Origin: an archaeon UBA583
GTDB taxonomy: Archaea > Nanobdellota > Nanobdellia > Woesearchaeales > UBA583
Assembly (NCBI GenBank): GCA_002506365.1
Contig: DAXK01000048.1
Span: 18,627 to 82,626, forward strand
Direction of reading: 5' to 3'
DNA: 64,000 nt
Both the position numbers and the translations under genes were made by a program. Each line of letters opens with the position of its first letter. The stretch's first letter is position 1. Of the stretch, positions 51,066 to 61,546 are shown in pieces. The notes beneath the pieces were generated by a model. It worked only from the letters and a program-made list of their open reading frames with translations, had not been told where the DNA came from and ran no database searches.

Positions 51066-53030
51066 TTAGAAAGTAATTGCTTTACTTTCTCTCTCTTCTT
51101 CTAACTTTGAAATAAACTCTTCAACTGAACATGTAAACTCTTCATTTTTCCCATTCACAAATTGTCTAGTTCTAACTGATACATTTCCAGCCTCAACATT
51201 CTCATCACCTAAAACTAAAGTATAATTTGGTTTTCTCTCATCACGAGCAATCGCAATTTTCTTTCCAACACCTAAATTATCAAAATTACACTCAACTCTG
51301 AAATTTCTCTCAACTAACTTATCCTTAATCTCATTACAAAAATCTTGATGTCTATCTGCAACATTAATAATCTCAACTTGATTAGGTGATAACCATAATG
51401 GGAATTTTCCTGCAAAATTTTCAATCATAACAGCCATAAATCTTTCAATTGAACCAAGCACAGCTCTGTGAATCATAACTGGTTGCTCTTCAGTTGAATT
51501 TTCATTTTGGAACTTTAATTCAAATCTGCTAGGTAAATTAAAATCTAATTGGATAGTTGCTGTTTGCCAAACTCTCTTTAAACAATCTTTAATTCTAAAA
51601 TCAATTTTTGGTCCATAAAAAGCTCCATCTCCTTCACAAATTTCATACTCCTTTCCACTTCTCTTTAAAGCAGCAGCAAGTGCACCCTCAGCCTTATCCC
51701 AAACTTCATCAGACCCAGTTCTCTTCTCAGGACGAGTAGATAATTCAATCTCATAACTCATCTTAAAAACATCATTATAAACATGATCTACAAACTCTAA
51801 ACATTTTGCAATTTCATCTTCAACTTGATTCATTGTACAAAAAATATGAGCATCATCTTGACAAAATTTCCTTACTCTAGTCATACCGGAAAGTGCTCCA
51901 GACAGTTCATTTCTATGTAAAGCTCCAAAATCAGCAATTCTTAAAGGTAACTCTTTATAACTTCTAAAATCATTTTTAAAAATTAAACAATGGGATGGAC
52001 AATTCATAGGTTTTAAAGAAAACTCTTGCCCCTCAATATCAAAAACAAACATATCTTCCTTGTAATGTTCCCAATGCCCTGAAGTCTCCCAAAGTTTTTT
52101 ATTAAACATATTTGGAGTCATAACTTCTTTAAATTCATATTGTTTATACAAATCTCTAATAAAATTTTGTAAAGTTCTATACACTTGAAATCCTTTAGGT
52201 AAAAAAAAAGTCATACCTGGAGCATACTCATGATTCATAAATAAATCCATCTTTTTTCCAACAATTCTATGATCTCTCTTTTTAGCTTCTTCAAGCATAG
52301 TTAAATGTTCTTCAAGTTCACCTTTTTTCCAAAAAGCAGTCCCATACACACGGCTCAGTTGCTTATTATCAGCATTTCCTCTCCAATAAGCTTTCGTAAT
52401 TTTTTGTAACTTAAACGCTTTAATTAAACCAGTTGATGGTAAATGTGGTCCTCTACATAAATCTTCAAAATCTCCTTGTTTGTAAAATTGAAATCCACTA
52501 TCAGTAACACTTCCTTCACCTTTTTCTTCTTCAGATAAATTTCCTGAAATTAAATCATTAATGATTTCTGTTTTATATTCATTATCCTTAAAAAATTCTA
52601 AAGCTTCATCATTTGACTTAAAGTTTTTAGTAACTGTTAAATTTTCCTTAACAATTTTTTGCATCTCTGCCTCAATCTTTGGTAAATCAGAATCAGTTAA
52701 CTCTTCACAATCAACATCATAATAAAATCCTGACTCAACAGCAGGCCCAATTGTAATCTTTGCACTAGGAAAAACTCTTGACATTGCCTGAGCAAAAACA
52801 TGCGCAGTTGTATGTCTTAAAATTTCTAAACTCTCTGGACTCTTTTGAGTCACTAATTCAACTTTACTATCTTCGGAAATGGTAGTGGTGATGTCAGTTA
52901 ATTCGCCATTAATTTTAGCGGCAATACACATTCTAGCTAATCCGTCTGAAATAGACTTAGCAACATCTAACGCAGTAACTGCATTATCAAAATTCTTTTC
53001 ATTTCCGTCTGGTAAAGTAATTTTAACCAT
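51066..53030 (-). CDS. thrS: Threonyl-tRNA synthetase, bacterial type (TGS + editing domain)
   Basis: ITLPDG, HTTAH, DLCRGPH, RDHR, KPMNCP, HRNE, GAFYGPKID, HRAVLGSIERF. Confidence 0.97.
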   Translation of the reverse strand: MVKITLPDGNEKNFDNAVTALDVAKSISDGLARMCIAAKINGELTDITTTISEDSKVELVTQKSPESLEILRHTTAHVFAQAMSRVFPSAKITIGPAVESGFYYDVDCEELTDSDLPKIEAEMQKIVKENLTVTKNFKSNDEALEFFKDNEYKTEIINDLISGNLSEEEKGEGSVTDSGFQFYKQGDFEDLCRGPHLPSTGLIKAFKLQKITKAYWRGNADNKQLSRVYGTAFWKKGELEEHLTMLEEAKKRDHRIVGKKMDLFMNHEYAPGMTFFLPKGFQVYRTLQNFIRDLYKQYEFKEVMTPNMFNKKLWETSGHWEHYKEDMFVFDIEGQEFSLKPMNCPSHCLIFKNDFRSYKELPLRIADFGALHRNELSGALSGMTRVRKFCQDDAHIFCTMNQVEDEIAKCLEFVDHVYNDVFKMSYEIELSTRPEKRTGSDEVWDKAEGALAAALKRSGKEYEICEGDGAFYGPKIDFRIKDCLKRVWQTATIQLDFNLPSRFELKFQNENSTEEQPVMIHRAVLGSIERFMAVMIENFAGKFPLWLSPNQVEIINVADRHQDFCNEIKDKLVERNFRVECNFDNLGVGKKIAIARDERKPNYTLVLGDENVEAGNVSVRTRQFVNGKNEEFTCSVEEFISKLEEERESKAITF

Positions 53031-53108
53031 ATTATAATAAAACCATCAATCTTTATAAAATTTTACCATTTTAAGCACATTTATAAGTATAAATATACTA
53101 TTAATTCT

Positions 53109-53783
53109 ATGACAGAAAAAAAAGTAAACTTAATGGAATTCGATTCCAACCCAAATATTGGATTATATATGTTCGCTTGTGATAAATTTGCAATTATTGG
53201 TATTGATGCTAATAAAGAAAAAATGGCAGCAATTGAGGATGTATTAAAAGTTCCAGTATATAAAACAACAGTTTTATCAACTGAATTAATTGGTATTTTT
53301 GTAGCAGGAAACGAAGATTTTCTAGTTGTTCCTGATATGTATGATTACGAAATGAAAGTTTTTAAAGAAATTGCAGAAAAACACGATGTTAAATTATTAG
53401 TTAAAGACTACAAATTAAACACACTAGGAAATAATTTATGTTTTGGAAATAAAACAATTTTAATTAATCACCAATATCCAAAAGGATTTGGATTAGAATT
53501 AGAAAAAGAAACAGGATACAAAGTAATTGAATTAAAAGTTCCTGAATACGAAAACGCTGGTGCAATCGCAACTTTCAAAAACGGTAAATATTTTATGGCT
53601 CAACAAGTTACTGAAGAAAACGTTAAAGAAATTGTTGATCAAATTGGTGGAATTGGAACAATTAACTCTGGTTCAAATTTTATTTCATCAGGGATTGTTG
53701 GAAACTCATTTGGAGTTTTAATTGGTTCACTATCAACAACAGTAGAAATTCAAAATGTTGTTGAAGGATTAGATTATTTATAA
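53109..53783 (+). CDS. eif6: Translation initiation factor 6 (aIF6)
   Basis: NPNIGLY, LIGIFVAGN, LGN, GTINSGS.FISSGIVGN, TTVEI. Confidence 0.9.
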   Translation: MTEKKVNLMEFDSNPNIGLYMFACDKFAIIGIDANKEKMAAIEDVLKVPVYKTTVLSTELIGIFVAGNEDFLVVPDMYDYEMKVFKEIAEKHDVKLLVKDYKLNTLGNNLCFGNKTILINHQYPKGFGLELEKETGYKVIELKVPEYENAGAIATFKNGKYFMAQQVTEENVKEIVDQIGGIGTINSGSNFISSGIVGNSFGVLIGSLSTTVEIQNVVEGLDYL

Positions 53784-53837
53784 TTTTTCCAAATTTTAAA
53801 CCAACCCTTTTTTAATTCTAAAATCTAAATAAATTAT

Positions 53838-54425
53838 ATGTTAGAAAAAAAGTATAAATATATTACAATTTATTTTATTATTTTACAAATACTTTTATTA
53901 TTTAGAAATTTTTTATTAAATGATTTTATATTATTATTTTTCTTTTGTAATCATCTAACAACACTACTCGCAATAGGTTTTTATTCAAAAAACATTCAAT
54001 TAATTAAAGGATTAATTAGTGTTGGACTAATTCCTCAACTTGTATACATTCTTGAATTTTTTTCAGAACTTTTATTTAATACAAATATTATATCTTCAAC
54101 TGGAAATTTATTTTTCTATCATCCTCTAGAATTTATAATTACTTTATTAATTCATTTCACAACATTAACAATCGCATTACTATTTACATACAAAGAAAAA
54201 ACAAATATAAACTCATTAAAATATTCATCAATTTATTTAATTGTATTATTTATATTAACAATACTATTAACACCAAAATCTTATGACTTAAACTGCGTCT
54301 TTAATGCTTGTGGTATCCAAATACTCCAATTTACAAATTTCACACTCTTTTGGATTCCCTTAACATTTTTATTAATAATACTTCCAACATACTACTTTCA
54401 AAAATATATCTCCAAAATAATTTAA
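53838..54425 (+). CDS. Polytopic membrane protein
   Basis: About 6 TM segments; FCNH, H and NCVF motifs. Confidence 0.55.
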   Translation: MLEKKYKYITIYFIILQILLLFRNFLLNDFILLFFFCNHLTTLLAIGFYSKNIQLIKGLISVGLIPQLVYILEFFSELLFNTNIISSTGNLFFYHPLEFIITLLIHFTTLTIALLFTYKEKTNINSLKYSSIYLIVLFILTILLTPKSYDLNCVFNACGIQILQFTNFTLFWIPLTFLLIILPTYYFQKYISKII

Positions 54426-54437
54426 ATTATATACTTT

Positions 54438-55538
54438 CTATAATAATAAACTTTTATATGATAAACCATTTACAATTAATTCATCTTCTTCACATAACTC
54501 AACATATGGAATTTCCACTAACTCAAACGAAAAATTTTCTAAATATTTAATATCTGAACTAACATTATAACTTTTATCATATATACCTCTATAACAATTA
54601 GCAACAAATCTAAAAAATAAATCAATCACTTCTTCCGAATAATATTTTTTAATATTTTTTAAAAAACTATTCTCTAATCTTATATGTTTTTTACATCCAC
54701 CTATTAATTCAATTCTACCAAAACCAGAAATATCAAAAGTGTTCAAAATTGCCTCATAAATTTCATCTCCAATTTCATTATCATAATTTAAATATATATT
54801 CACAAAACTTATCCCTGTTAAATATCCAAAATTAATAAAAAAATCACAAAATTTTTTATCATAATTACTAAAATTTAAAATATTAAATAAAGTATAATAC
54901 GGTAAATTAACAAACCTCATCCCACAAAATAACAAATTTCCTTCATTATAATTAACTTTATCATTTAATAAAATATTAAATAACTTTTTAGAAATATTTC
55001 CAGTCTCAAACTCAGGATAATTTCCATCAAATTCATAATTAAAATCTTCATCTAAAACACAAAAATCAAACTCAATTAAATTTGGACTAACAATTGAATT
55101 AGCCTTTACTCTTTTATTAAAATAACATTTAAAAAAATTTTTCAAAACAACTAAATAAATTAATTCTAAATGTTGATCTTCATCATTTCCAAATATTTGT
55201 TTATAACTTTTTGACAAATGTGGTTTTTTTGAAACTATTTTAAATTTCTTATCAGAAATAAAAAAAATTTCAAGTTCACTAAATCCTAAATGATTTAAAT
55301 CTTCAATAAAATTTAATAAAATTTCATTAAAATTCTTTGACTTTTTTTTTGAACTTTCACACAAAATAAAAACATCACTCAAACAAGAAATTTCATATAT
55401 TTTTAAAATAGTTTCTCTTGGATAATTTTTAAAAAAATAATTTAAAAAAAATATATAATGACTCACAAAAAAATTAAATACTAAAAATTCATTATTTAAA
55501 ACAATTCCTCTATTAATTTTAAAGTTAAACTTAGACAT
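54438..55538 (-). CDS. Hypothetical protein with tandem V4R/XylR-N-like domains
   Basis: Internal duplication: LGFSELEI in the first half, GYLTG...SGFGRIEL in the second. Confidence 0.4.
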   Translation of the reverse strand: MSKFNFKINRGIVLNNEFLVFNFFVSHYIFFLNYFFKNYPRETILKIYEISCLSDVFILCESSKKKSKNFNEILLNFIEDLNHLGFSELEIFFISDKKFKIVSKKPHLSKSYKQIFGNDEDQHLELIYLVVLKNFFKCYFNKRVKANSIVSPNLIEFDFCVLDEDFNYEFDGNYPEFETGNISKKLFNILLNDKVNYNEGNLLFCGMRFVNLPYYTLFNILNFSNYDKKFCDFFINFGYLTGISFVNIYLNYDNEIGDEIYEAILNTFDISGFGRIELIGGCKKHIRLENSFLKNIKKYYSEEVIDLFFRFVANCYRGIYDKSYNVSSDIKYLENFSFELVEIPYVELCEEDELIVNGLSYKSLLL

Positions 55539-55634
55539 AAAGTGTATACTTTTTTAAACTATTTAAACTTTTATCACACCTTTAGAATTAATTATAAAAA
55601 TTTAACTAAAACAAAAATAATTTTTTTTTTTTTT

Positions 55635-56714
55635 TTAATTATTTTCATTAATCTCATACTTTGCATTACTCTCATTTAATTGTCTATTTACTCTAATAAA
55701 AGTTGCTCTTTTCGCAAATTCTTTTAACTTTCTAGCTCCAATATAAGTTCCAGTGCTACGCAAACTTCCAAACAAATCTGATAAAAAATATTCCATACTT
55801 CCCTTATGAGGAATCAAAGTATATCTTCCCTCTGACGCTCTATGAGAATCCTTTTGTCCATAATTAACCAACATTGCTTTATTAGAACTTGAACCATAAT
55901 ACTCTTTGAATAATTTTCCATTCATCTCAACAGTTTCTCCTCCAGACTCCTCAAATCCAGAAAATAAACTTCCACACATATTAAAATCAGCACCACCACA
56001 ATAAGCTTTAGCAATACAACTTGGATGAACTTGACCACCATCAGCAATAATTAGTCCACAATGTCCTTTAGGATTTGAAATTCCATGAGCTGCATCAGAA
56101 CACTCAATCACCGCAGAAAGTTGCGGATATCCAACTCCCGTCATTTTTCTAGTTGTGCAAGCTGACCCTGGTCCAATTCCAACCTTAACTATGTCAGCCC
56201 CATTTAAAATAATTTCTTCAGTCATTTCATTAGATACAACATTTCCAGCTATAATAATATGTTCAGGTAATAACTCCCTAACTAATCTAATAGTTTCCAA
56301 AAATTTTTCTAAATAGCCATTTGGAACATCAATACACACAAAAGAAAAATTATCCATTAACTTATTATCAATCATAACTTTTAATTGTTCAATATCTCTA
56401 TCTCTAATACCTAAAGTATAACTAACATAATCAGGATTACTAAACGAAGAAAAAAATTCTTTATATTCAGAAATAGTATAATATTTGTGAAATGTCGTAA
56501 TAATTTTATGCTTTGATAAAACTCTCGCAGTTGAAAAAGTTCCACAACTTGCCATATTTGCAGTCATAATTGGAATTCCAGTCCATTTTTTAGGAGAATG
56601 ATAAAAAGAAAAAGTTCTCGTCAAATCTACATCCTTTCTGGATTCCATTGTGCTTCTTTTTGGTTTTAATAGCACATCACAATAATCTAACATAACTTCA
56701 TTAATAATTCTCAT
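55635..56714 (-). CDS. guaC: GMP reductase
   Basis: LDYCDVLLKPKRS, WTGIPIMTANM, CIDVPNGY, KVGIGPGSACTTR, YYGSSS, RASEG, LRSTGTYIGA. Confidence 0.93.
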   Translation of the reverse strand: MRIINEVMLDYCDVLLKPKRSTMESRKDVDLTRTFSFYHSPKKWTGIPIMTANMASCGTFSTARVLSKHKIITTFHKYYTISEYKEFFSSFSNPDYVSYTLGIRDRDIEQLKVMIDNKLMDNFSFVCIDVPNGYLEKFLETIRLVRELLPEHIIIAGNVVSNEMTEEIILNGADIVKVGIGPGSACTTRKMTGVGYPQLSAVIECSDAAHGISNPKGHCGLIIADGGQVHPSCIAKAYCGGADFNMCGSLFSGFEESGGETVEMNGKLFKEYYGSSSNKAMLVNYGQKDSHRASEGRYTLIPHKGSMEYFLSDLFGSLRSTGTYIGARKLKEFAKRATFIRVNRQLNESNAKYEINENN

Positions 56715-56756
56715 ACCACTCCATTTATGATTTTGATAGTATATAAATTTATCTGA

Positions 56757-57689
56757 TTAAATTTTAGTAAAAAAACTATATTTATCCACTAAACTTTCTG
56801 GCACATAACCTACAACTTTTTTAAAACCTAAATCTTTGGCAACTTTAGACCTTGTATGTCCATCAAATAATATTAACTTTTCTTTACTTGACCTTACACA
56901 ATTTACAATAATTGGACTAACTTTATTAAAATCTTGAAAAAAATTTGTAACTTTACTAACTCTTCCATTATCATCTTTAAAATAAGGTAGACAATTTATA
57001 TCAATATAACACAAAATAAAATTTCCATTTTTCCCAATCGAAGACTTTACATTATTAACACTAATTAAAGTTCCATCATCATGAATATTATTAGTTGATT
57101 CATTTAATTGATTAACATATTCAAGCATTTCATTATAATTTAACTCTTTTTTAAAACCATTAAACGTTTTTTTAGTAAAATATCTTGAAACACTAAAACT
57201 CTCCTCAATAACCTTATTAAAATCTTTAGATTTATGATTAAATACAATTTCATAACTTTCAAAATAAACTTTAATCTCATCAGTTTTTGGAAAAACTAAA
57301 ATATCTCTTTTCTCAAGAGTTTCAATACTTCCAATAACCTCAATATTATTAAAACTACAAAATCTATAAATTTGTTTAATATCCTTACCACCAACTAAAA
57401 CAGCAAACAAATTATCCTTTTGACTAAACTTTAATTTTGCTTCATTAATATCATTTTCAACAAAATTTTCCACATGGATTAAACACCCCTCACCAAATCT
57501 ATTAAATAAATAAATCCCATTACAATTAGAATAATTACACGATAAAATTGGTGTAGAATTAGAATAAAAAAATCTATTCTCTAAATGCCATAACTCTAAA
57601 ACATTCCCAACAAATTTTAAATCTTTTTTAACTTTAAAAAAACAATAATCCAAATGTTTTCCAAAATCTAAATGTTCATCAAAGTCCAT
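56757..57689 (-). CDS. Two-domain hypothetical: CheD-like N-terminus plus ParB/Srx-like C-terminus
   Basis: SNCNGIYL...GCLIH...VLVGG; SPIIV...LFDGHTR...AKDLG. Confidence 0.45.
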   Translation of the reverse strand: MDFDEHLDFGKHLDYCFFKVKKDLKFVGNVLELWHLENRFFYSNSTPILSCNYSNCNGIYLFNRFGEGCLIHVENFVENDINEAKLKFSQKDNLFAVLVGGKDIKQIYRFCSFNNIEVIGSIETLEKRDILVFPKTDEIKVYFESYEIVFNHKSKDFNKVIEESFSVSRYFTKKTFNGFKKELNYNEMLEYVNQLNESTNNIHDDGTLISVNNVKSSIGKNGNFILCYIDINCLPYFKDDNGRVSKVTNFFQDFNKVSPIIVNCVRSSKEKLILFDGHTRSKVAKDLGFKKVVGYVPESLVDKYSFFTKI

Positions 57690-57854
57690 AATAACAATGA
57701 AATAATATTTATTTTAAATATTTGTATACTTAAAAAATAATAAAAACTATTTTTAAAAATTATTTATTTTTTTATCAAAAATTATATTTATTCTTTTTTA
57801 AGTATTTACTTAGTGAATACGATTATATATAAATCAAAATAATTCTAAATTCGT

Positions 57855-58163
57855 ATGATTGAAACAACACCATATGCAATTGGATTTATAGTATATGTCA
57901 TATTTAACTTAATAACATTTGATGTATACTCAAAAGGAAAAGAATATGTGAACCATATTGTGTTATATATGATTTATATTTATTATACCTTATTAGCAGG
58001 ATATGTAATTAATTTAGTAGATACAGCAAACGGAGAAGATGCTCTAATCATTTTTCTTCAAGTATTAGTCTATGCTATTGCTGGAGGATTATTTATGGTA
58101 TATCACTATAAATACGAAATTTCAAAAAATAAAAAATTTCAAGACAAAGAAGGAAGTTTTTAA
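57855..58163 (+). CDS. Small three-TM membrane protein
   Basis: Three hydrophobic segments. Confidence 0.5.
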   Translation: MIETTPYAIGFIVYVIFNLITFDVYSKGKEYVNHIVLYMIYIYYTLLAGYVINLVDTANGEDALIIFLQVLVYAIAGGLFMVYHYKYEISKNKKFQDKEGSF

Positions 58164-58312
58164 CTTCAAACTTAATTTTTTTTAATTTGACTTATTTTCC
58201 AAAAAATTAAATTTGAATACTTCAAGTATCCAAACTACTTAAATTTCACATTATATAATTAATATTATATAACTTAAAATAACTTATATTAAAAATGATA
58301 TATTAAATATTT

Positions 58313-58876
58313 TTAATCAACAATTTCATTTCTTAAAAGAAATTCTTTAATTAATTCTCCAGAAACATTTTTCATAGAGTAATCATAATTATTAAACTTT
58401 TTAGATTTTAAAAATTCTACAAACTCCTCTCTTTGAGATAATGGCATAAACCCCCAAAACTTAACTGTTTCGCATTCAAAATCAGTATCACAATGTCCAA
58501 CTCGCAAATCTTGTTTTGGAGCGGTAGTTTTTTCCTTTGGAACAATTGAATTTACAAACTTATGTAATGGACAAGCTAAACACCCTTCCCCAAAATCTAC
58601 TAAATTCATACAAACTCCAGACTCAGACACTTCATCAGCAGCAAATCTATCTTTAAAAGTTTTCAAATCTTCTTCAGATTTATTTCCCTCAGTATAAATT
58701 TCTTTAAAATCATTAGAATTTAACCAAATATCATTTTCAATATCTTCCTTACTTGACCAATCATCACCACAACAACCATAACAAGATAATTTTAAATCCT
58801 TTAACTGACAAGGATAAGCTTTCATTAAATCTTGTTTTTCAGAATTAAAACTTTTTTGATTATTATTTTCAGTCAT
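58313..58876 (-). CDS. Cys-rich metal-binding protein (tandem paralog 1)
   Basis: YPC...SCYGCC...GVC.NL...C.ACPLH...CDT.FEC. Confidence 0.6.
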   Translation of the reverse strand: MTENNNQKSFNSEKQDLMKAYPCQLKDLKLSCYGCCGDDWSSKEDIENDIWLNSNDFKEIYTEGNKSEEDLKTFKDRFAADEVSESGVCMNLVDFGEGCLACPLHKFVNSIVPKEKTTAPKQDLRVGHCDTDFECETVKFWGFMPLSQREEFVEFLKSKKFNNYDYSMKNVSGELIKEFLLRNEIVD

Positions 58877-58929
58877 TTCTAATTAAAAAAACCTTTTTGT
58901 ATTTAAAAAGTAAAGTTTTTACTAAAAAT

Positions 58930-59490
58930 CTACTCCAAATCTTCAAACTCAAATCTTCGCCTAAAAAATTCTTGAATTAACTCTCCAGAAATATTTAACA
59001 TTGAATAATTATGATTATCAAACTCTTTACTTTGTAAAAATCTAATAAATGCTTTTCTTTCATTTAACTCCATATTACACCAAAACTTAACAGTTTCACA
59101 CTCAAATTCAGTATCACAAAATCCTACACGTAAATCTTGTTTTGGAGCAATAGTTTTTTTAGAAGATACAACTAAATTTACAAATGGATGTAATGGACAA
59201 GCAACACAACTATCTTTAAAATCAACTAAATTTCTACAAACTCCACTAGATAAGGTATCTTTAATACCATACCTATCACGAAACGATTTTAAATTTTCAT
59301 CGGACTTTTCTTTATCTAAATAATATTTTTTAAAATCATAATTATTTTTCTCTAAATCAGAATTAATTTGTGAACTAGAACTTAGTCCATTTCTACAACA
59401 ACCATAACAAGACAAACTTAAATCCTTTAATTGACAAGGATAAGAATTCATCAAATTCATTTCGTCCTCTTGCTCACAATCTTTAATCAT
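58930..59490 (-). CDS. Cys-rich metal-binding protein (tandem paralog 2)
   Basis: Same nine-Cys pattern and long identical blocks as 58313..58876. Confidence 0.6.
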   Translation of the reverse strand: MIKDCEQEDEMNLMNSYPCQLKDLSLSCYGCCRNGLSSSSQINSDLEKNNYDFKKYYLDKEKSDENLKSFRDRYGIKDTLSSGVCRNLVDFKDSCVACPLHPFVNLVVSSKKTIAPKQDLRVGFCDTEFECETVKFWCNMELNERKAFIRFLQSKEFDNHNYSMLNISGELIQEFFRRRFEFEDLE

Positions 59491-59519
59491 TTCAAAATAA
59501 AAAATAAAGTTTTGTTAAA

Positions 59520-61505
59520 TTAACAAACTTTTCCTGGAATCTTTTTATCAACAGACACACCAGAAACTTCCTTTCCAGAAAATGAAACTTTCCCATTTTC
59601 ATCTCCAAACATTTCAACCTTCTTAAAAGCCTTAGAATTAATAATTTTCTCATTATCAGCAACATCAGAACCAACCTTTAAATTACTTCCAACATCTAAT
59701 TCACTTGATAATAAACCACAATCATTTTCATCCTCACAAGCTAAAATCATCCCATTTGAATCATAACCCCCAAGCTTTGCAGGCTTTAAATTCGTAATAA
59801 CAATAACCTTTCTATTTTCTAATTGTTCTAAAGTATATAATGTTTGTAAGCCAGAAACAATTTGTCTCTTTTCATTTCCTAAATTTACTTGAATAATATA
59901 TAACTTATCAGAATCTGGATGTTTTGAAACTTCATCAATTTGTCCAACCTTTAAATTTAATTTAGCAAATCCTTCTCTAGGTTTCTCAACTTCAACAGCT
60001 GGCTTCTCCAATTTAATTCTTTCAAATAAATTTTCCTTAGCTCCTAACTTATGCCCCGCAGGTAAAAATTCAACCTCAAACTTATTATTATTTTTAACAT
60101 TAAACTGTTTAAATAACAATTCAGTTTTAGACGGAATAATACAATTTGTATACTTACCAAAATAAATACAAGCTGAACATAAAACATTCATAATAGTCCC
60201 TAATCTCTTCTCATCAGATTCAGCCCAAGGAGATACTTTATTCACATAAGCATTAGTATCTCTAATTGCAGTCCATAAAACAGTAAAAGCTTTAGTATAT
60301 TCTAAATTTTGCATCAAAGAATTAAACTCCTCATAAATTGAAATACTAGAAATTAACTCTTTATCAACATCCTCTAATTCTCCAATTTCAGGCATTCCTT
60401 CACTAAATGGTTTAGAAGTCATAGCATGAACTCTTGAAACTAAATTCCCAAAATCATTATTTAATTCATTATTAACTTTTTCAATAAACATTTTTTCAGA
60501 AAAATTCATATCTTCCCCAAAACTTCCACCAGTAATTAAAAAATACTTAAACTCCTCAACACCAAACTTTTTAGAAAACTTTAAAGGATCAATAACATTT
60601 CCAAGAGATTTACTCATCTTATGTCCATTTTCATCTAAAATCATCCCATGAGCAAAAACTGATTTTGGCATTTGCATATCAACGGACATTAAAAAAGCTG
60701 GCCAATATACCTCATGAAACCACTTAATATCTTTTCCAATCATATGAACATTACAAGGCCAAAAATCCATCTTATCATTATTCTCAAGCGCTGACATATA
60801 ATTAAATAATGCATCAAACCAAACATAAGTTACATGAGTTGAATCAAAAGGTAACTCAATTCCCCACTCTAACTTATCCTTTGATCTAGAAATTGAAATA
60901 TCTCTTAATCCCTCTTTAACTCTATTAATTGTTTCTTGTGCTTTAGACTTAGGTTTTAAAAAATCTGTTTCTTCATAAAATTTTAATAACTTATCTTCAT
61001 ACTTTGATAACTTAAAAAAATAATTTTCCTCTGAAACTGTTTCACATTCCTTTTTATGATCTGGACAAATATTTCCTTCTAATAAATCATCTTCCTCAAC
61101 ATACTTCTCACATCCAACACAATATAAACCTTCATAAGATCCTTTGTAAATATCCCCATTATCAAATGCTTTTTGTAACATTTTTGACACAAATACTTTA
61201 TGATCTTCATCAGTAGTTCTTACAAAATAATCATTAGAAATATTTAATTTAGTTAATAACTGTTTAAACTGAGGAACCATTAAATCAACAAACTCTTTTG
61301 GAGACTTATTTATCTTCTCAGCATTTTCAACAATTTTTTGACCATGTTCATCAGTCCCTGTTAAAAAAAAAACTTCCTTTCCAATATCTCTATTCCATCT
61401 AGCTAAAACATCACACGCAATAGAAGTATAAGCGTGACCTAAATGTGGTTTTCCACTCGCATAATAAATTGGAGTAGTAATAAAAAATTTATTATTATTA
61501 TTCAT
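59520..61505 (-). CDS. metG: Methionyl-tRNA synthetase with C-terminal tRNA-binding (Trbp111) domain
   Basis: ITTPIYY, HLGH, GTDEHG, YVWFDAL, GKDI, KMSKS; C-terminal HPDSDKL...GM; ATG 61505 fits TATA spacing. Confidence 0.96.
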   Translation of the reverse strand: MNNNNKFFITTPIYYASGKPHLGHAYTSIACDVLARWNRDIGKEVFFLTGTDEHGQKIVENAEKINKSPKEFVDLMVPQFKQLLTKLNISNDYFVRTTDEDHKVFVSKMLQKAFDNGDIYKGSYEGLYCVGCEKYVEEDDLLEGNICPDHKKECETVSEENYFFKLSKYEDKLLKFYEETDFLKPKSKAQETINRVKEGLRDISISRSKDKLEWGIELPFDSTHVTYVWFDALFNYMSALENNDKMDFWPCNVHMIGKDIKWFHEVYWPAFLMSVDMQMPKSVFAHGMILDENGHKMSKSLGNVIDPLKFSKKFGVEEFKYFLITGGSFGEDMNFSEKMFIEKVNNELNNDFGNLVSRVHAMTSKPFSEGMPEIGELEDVDKELISSISIYEEFNSLMQNLEYTKAFTVLWTAIRDTNAYVNKVSPWAESDEKRLGTIMNVLCSACIYFGKYTNCIIPSKTELLFKQFNVKNNNKFEVEFLPAGHKLGAKENLFERIKLEKPAVEVEKPREGFAKLNLKVGQIDEVSKHPDSDKLYIIQVNLGNEKRQIVSGLQTLYTLEQLENRKVIVITNLKPAKLGGYDSNGMILACEDENDCGLLSSELDVGSNLKVGSDVADNEKIINSKAFKKVEMFGDENGKVSFSGKEVSGVSVDKKIPGKVC

Positions 61506-61546
61506 AATAAATATTAACAAATTAGACTTTAAAAACCTATTTAGAA

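Noticed and set aside
55621..55636. T16 run at the guaC stop as a terminator or phase-variable tract
   Set aside because: It reads as poly-A on the transcribed strand and lies almost entirely outside coding sequence; homopolymer length may be unreliable
2230..59674. Short ORF-track entries nested in real genes (2230, 4674, 10674, 11417, 21111, 21290, 21392, 34054, 36061, 50212, 50764, 54308, 59492)
   Set aside because: Alternate-frame or antisense shadows of well-supported CDSs, with no motifs of their own
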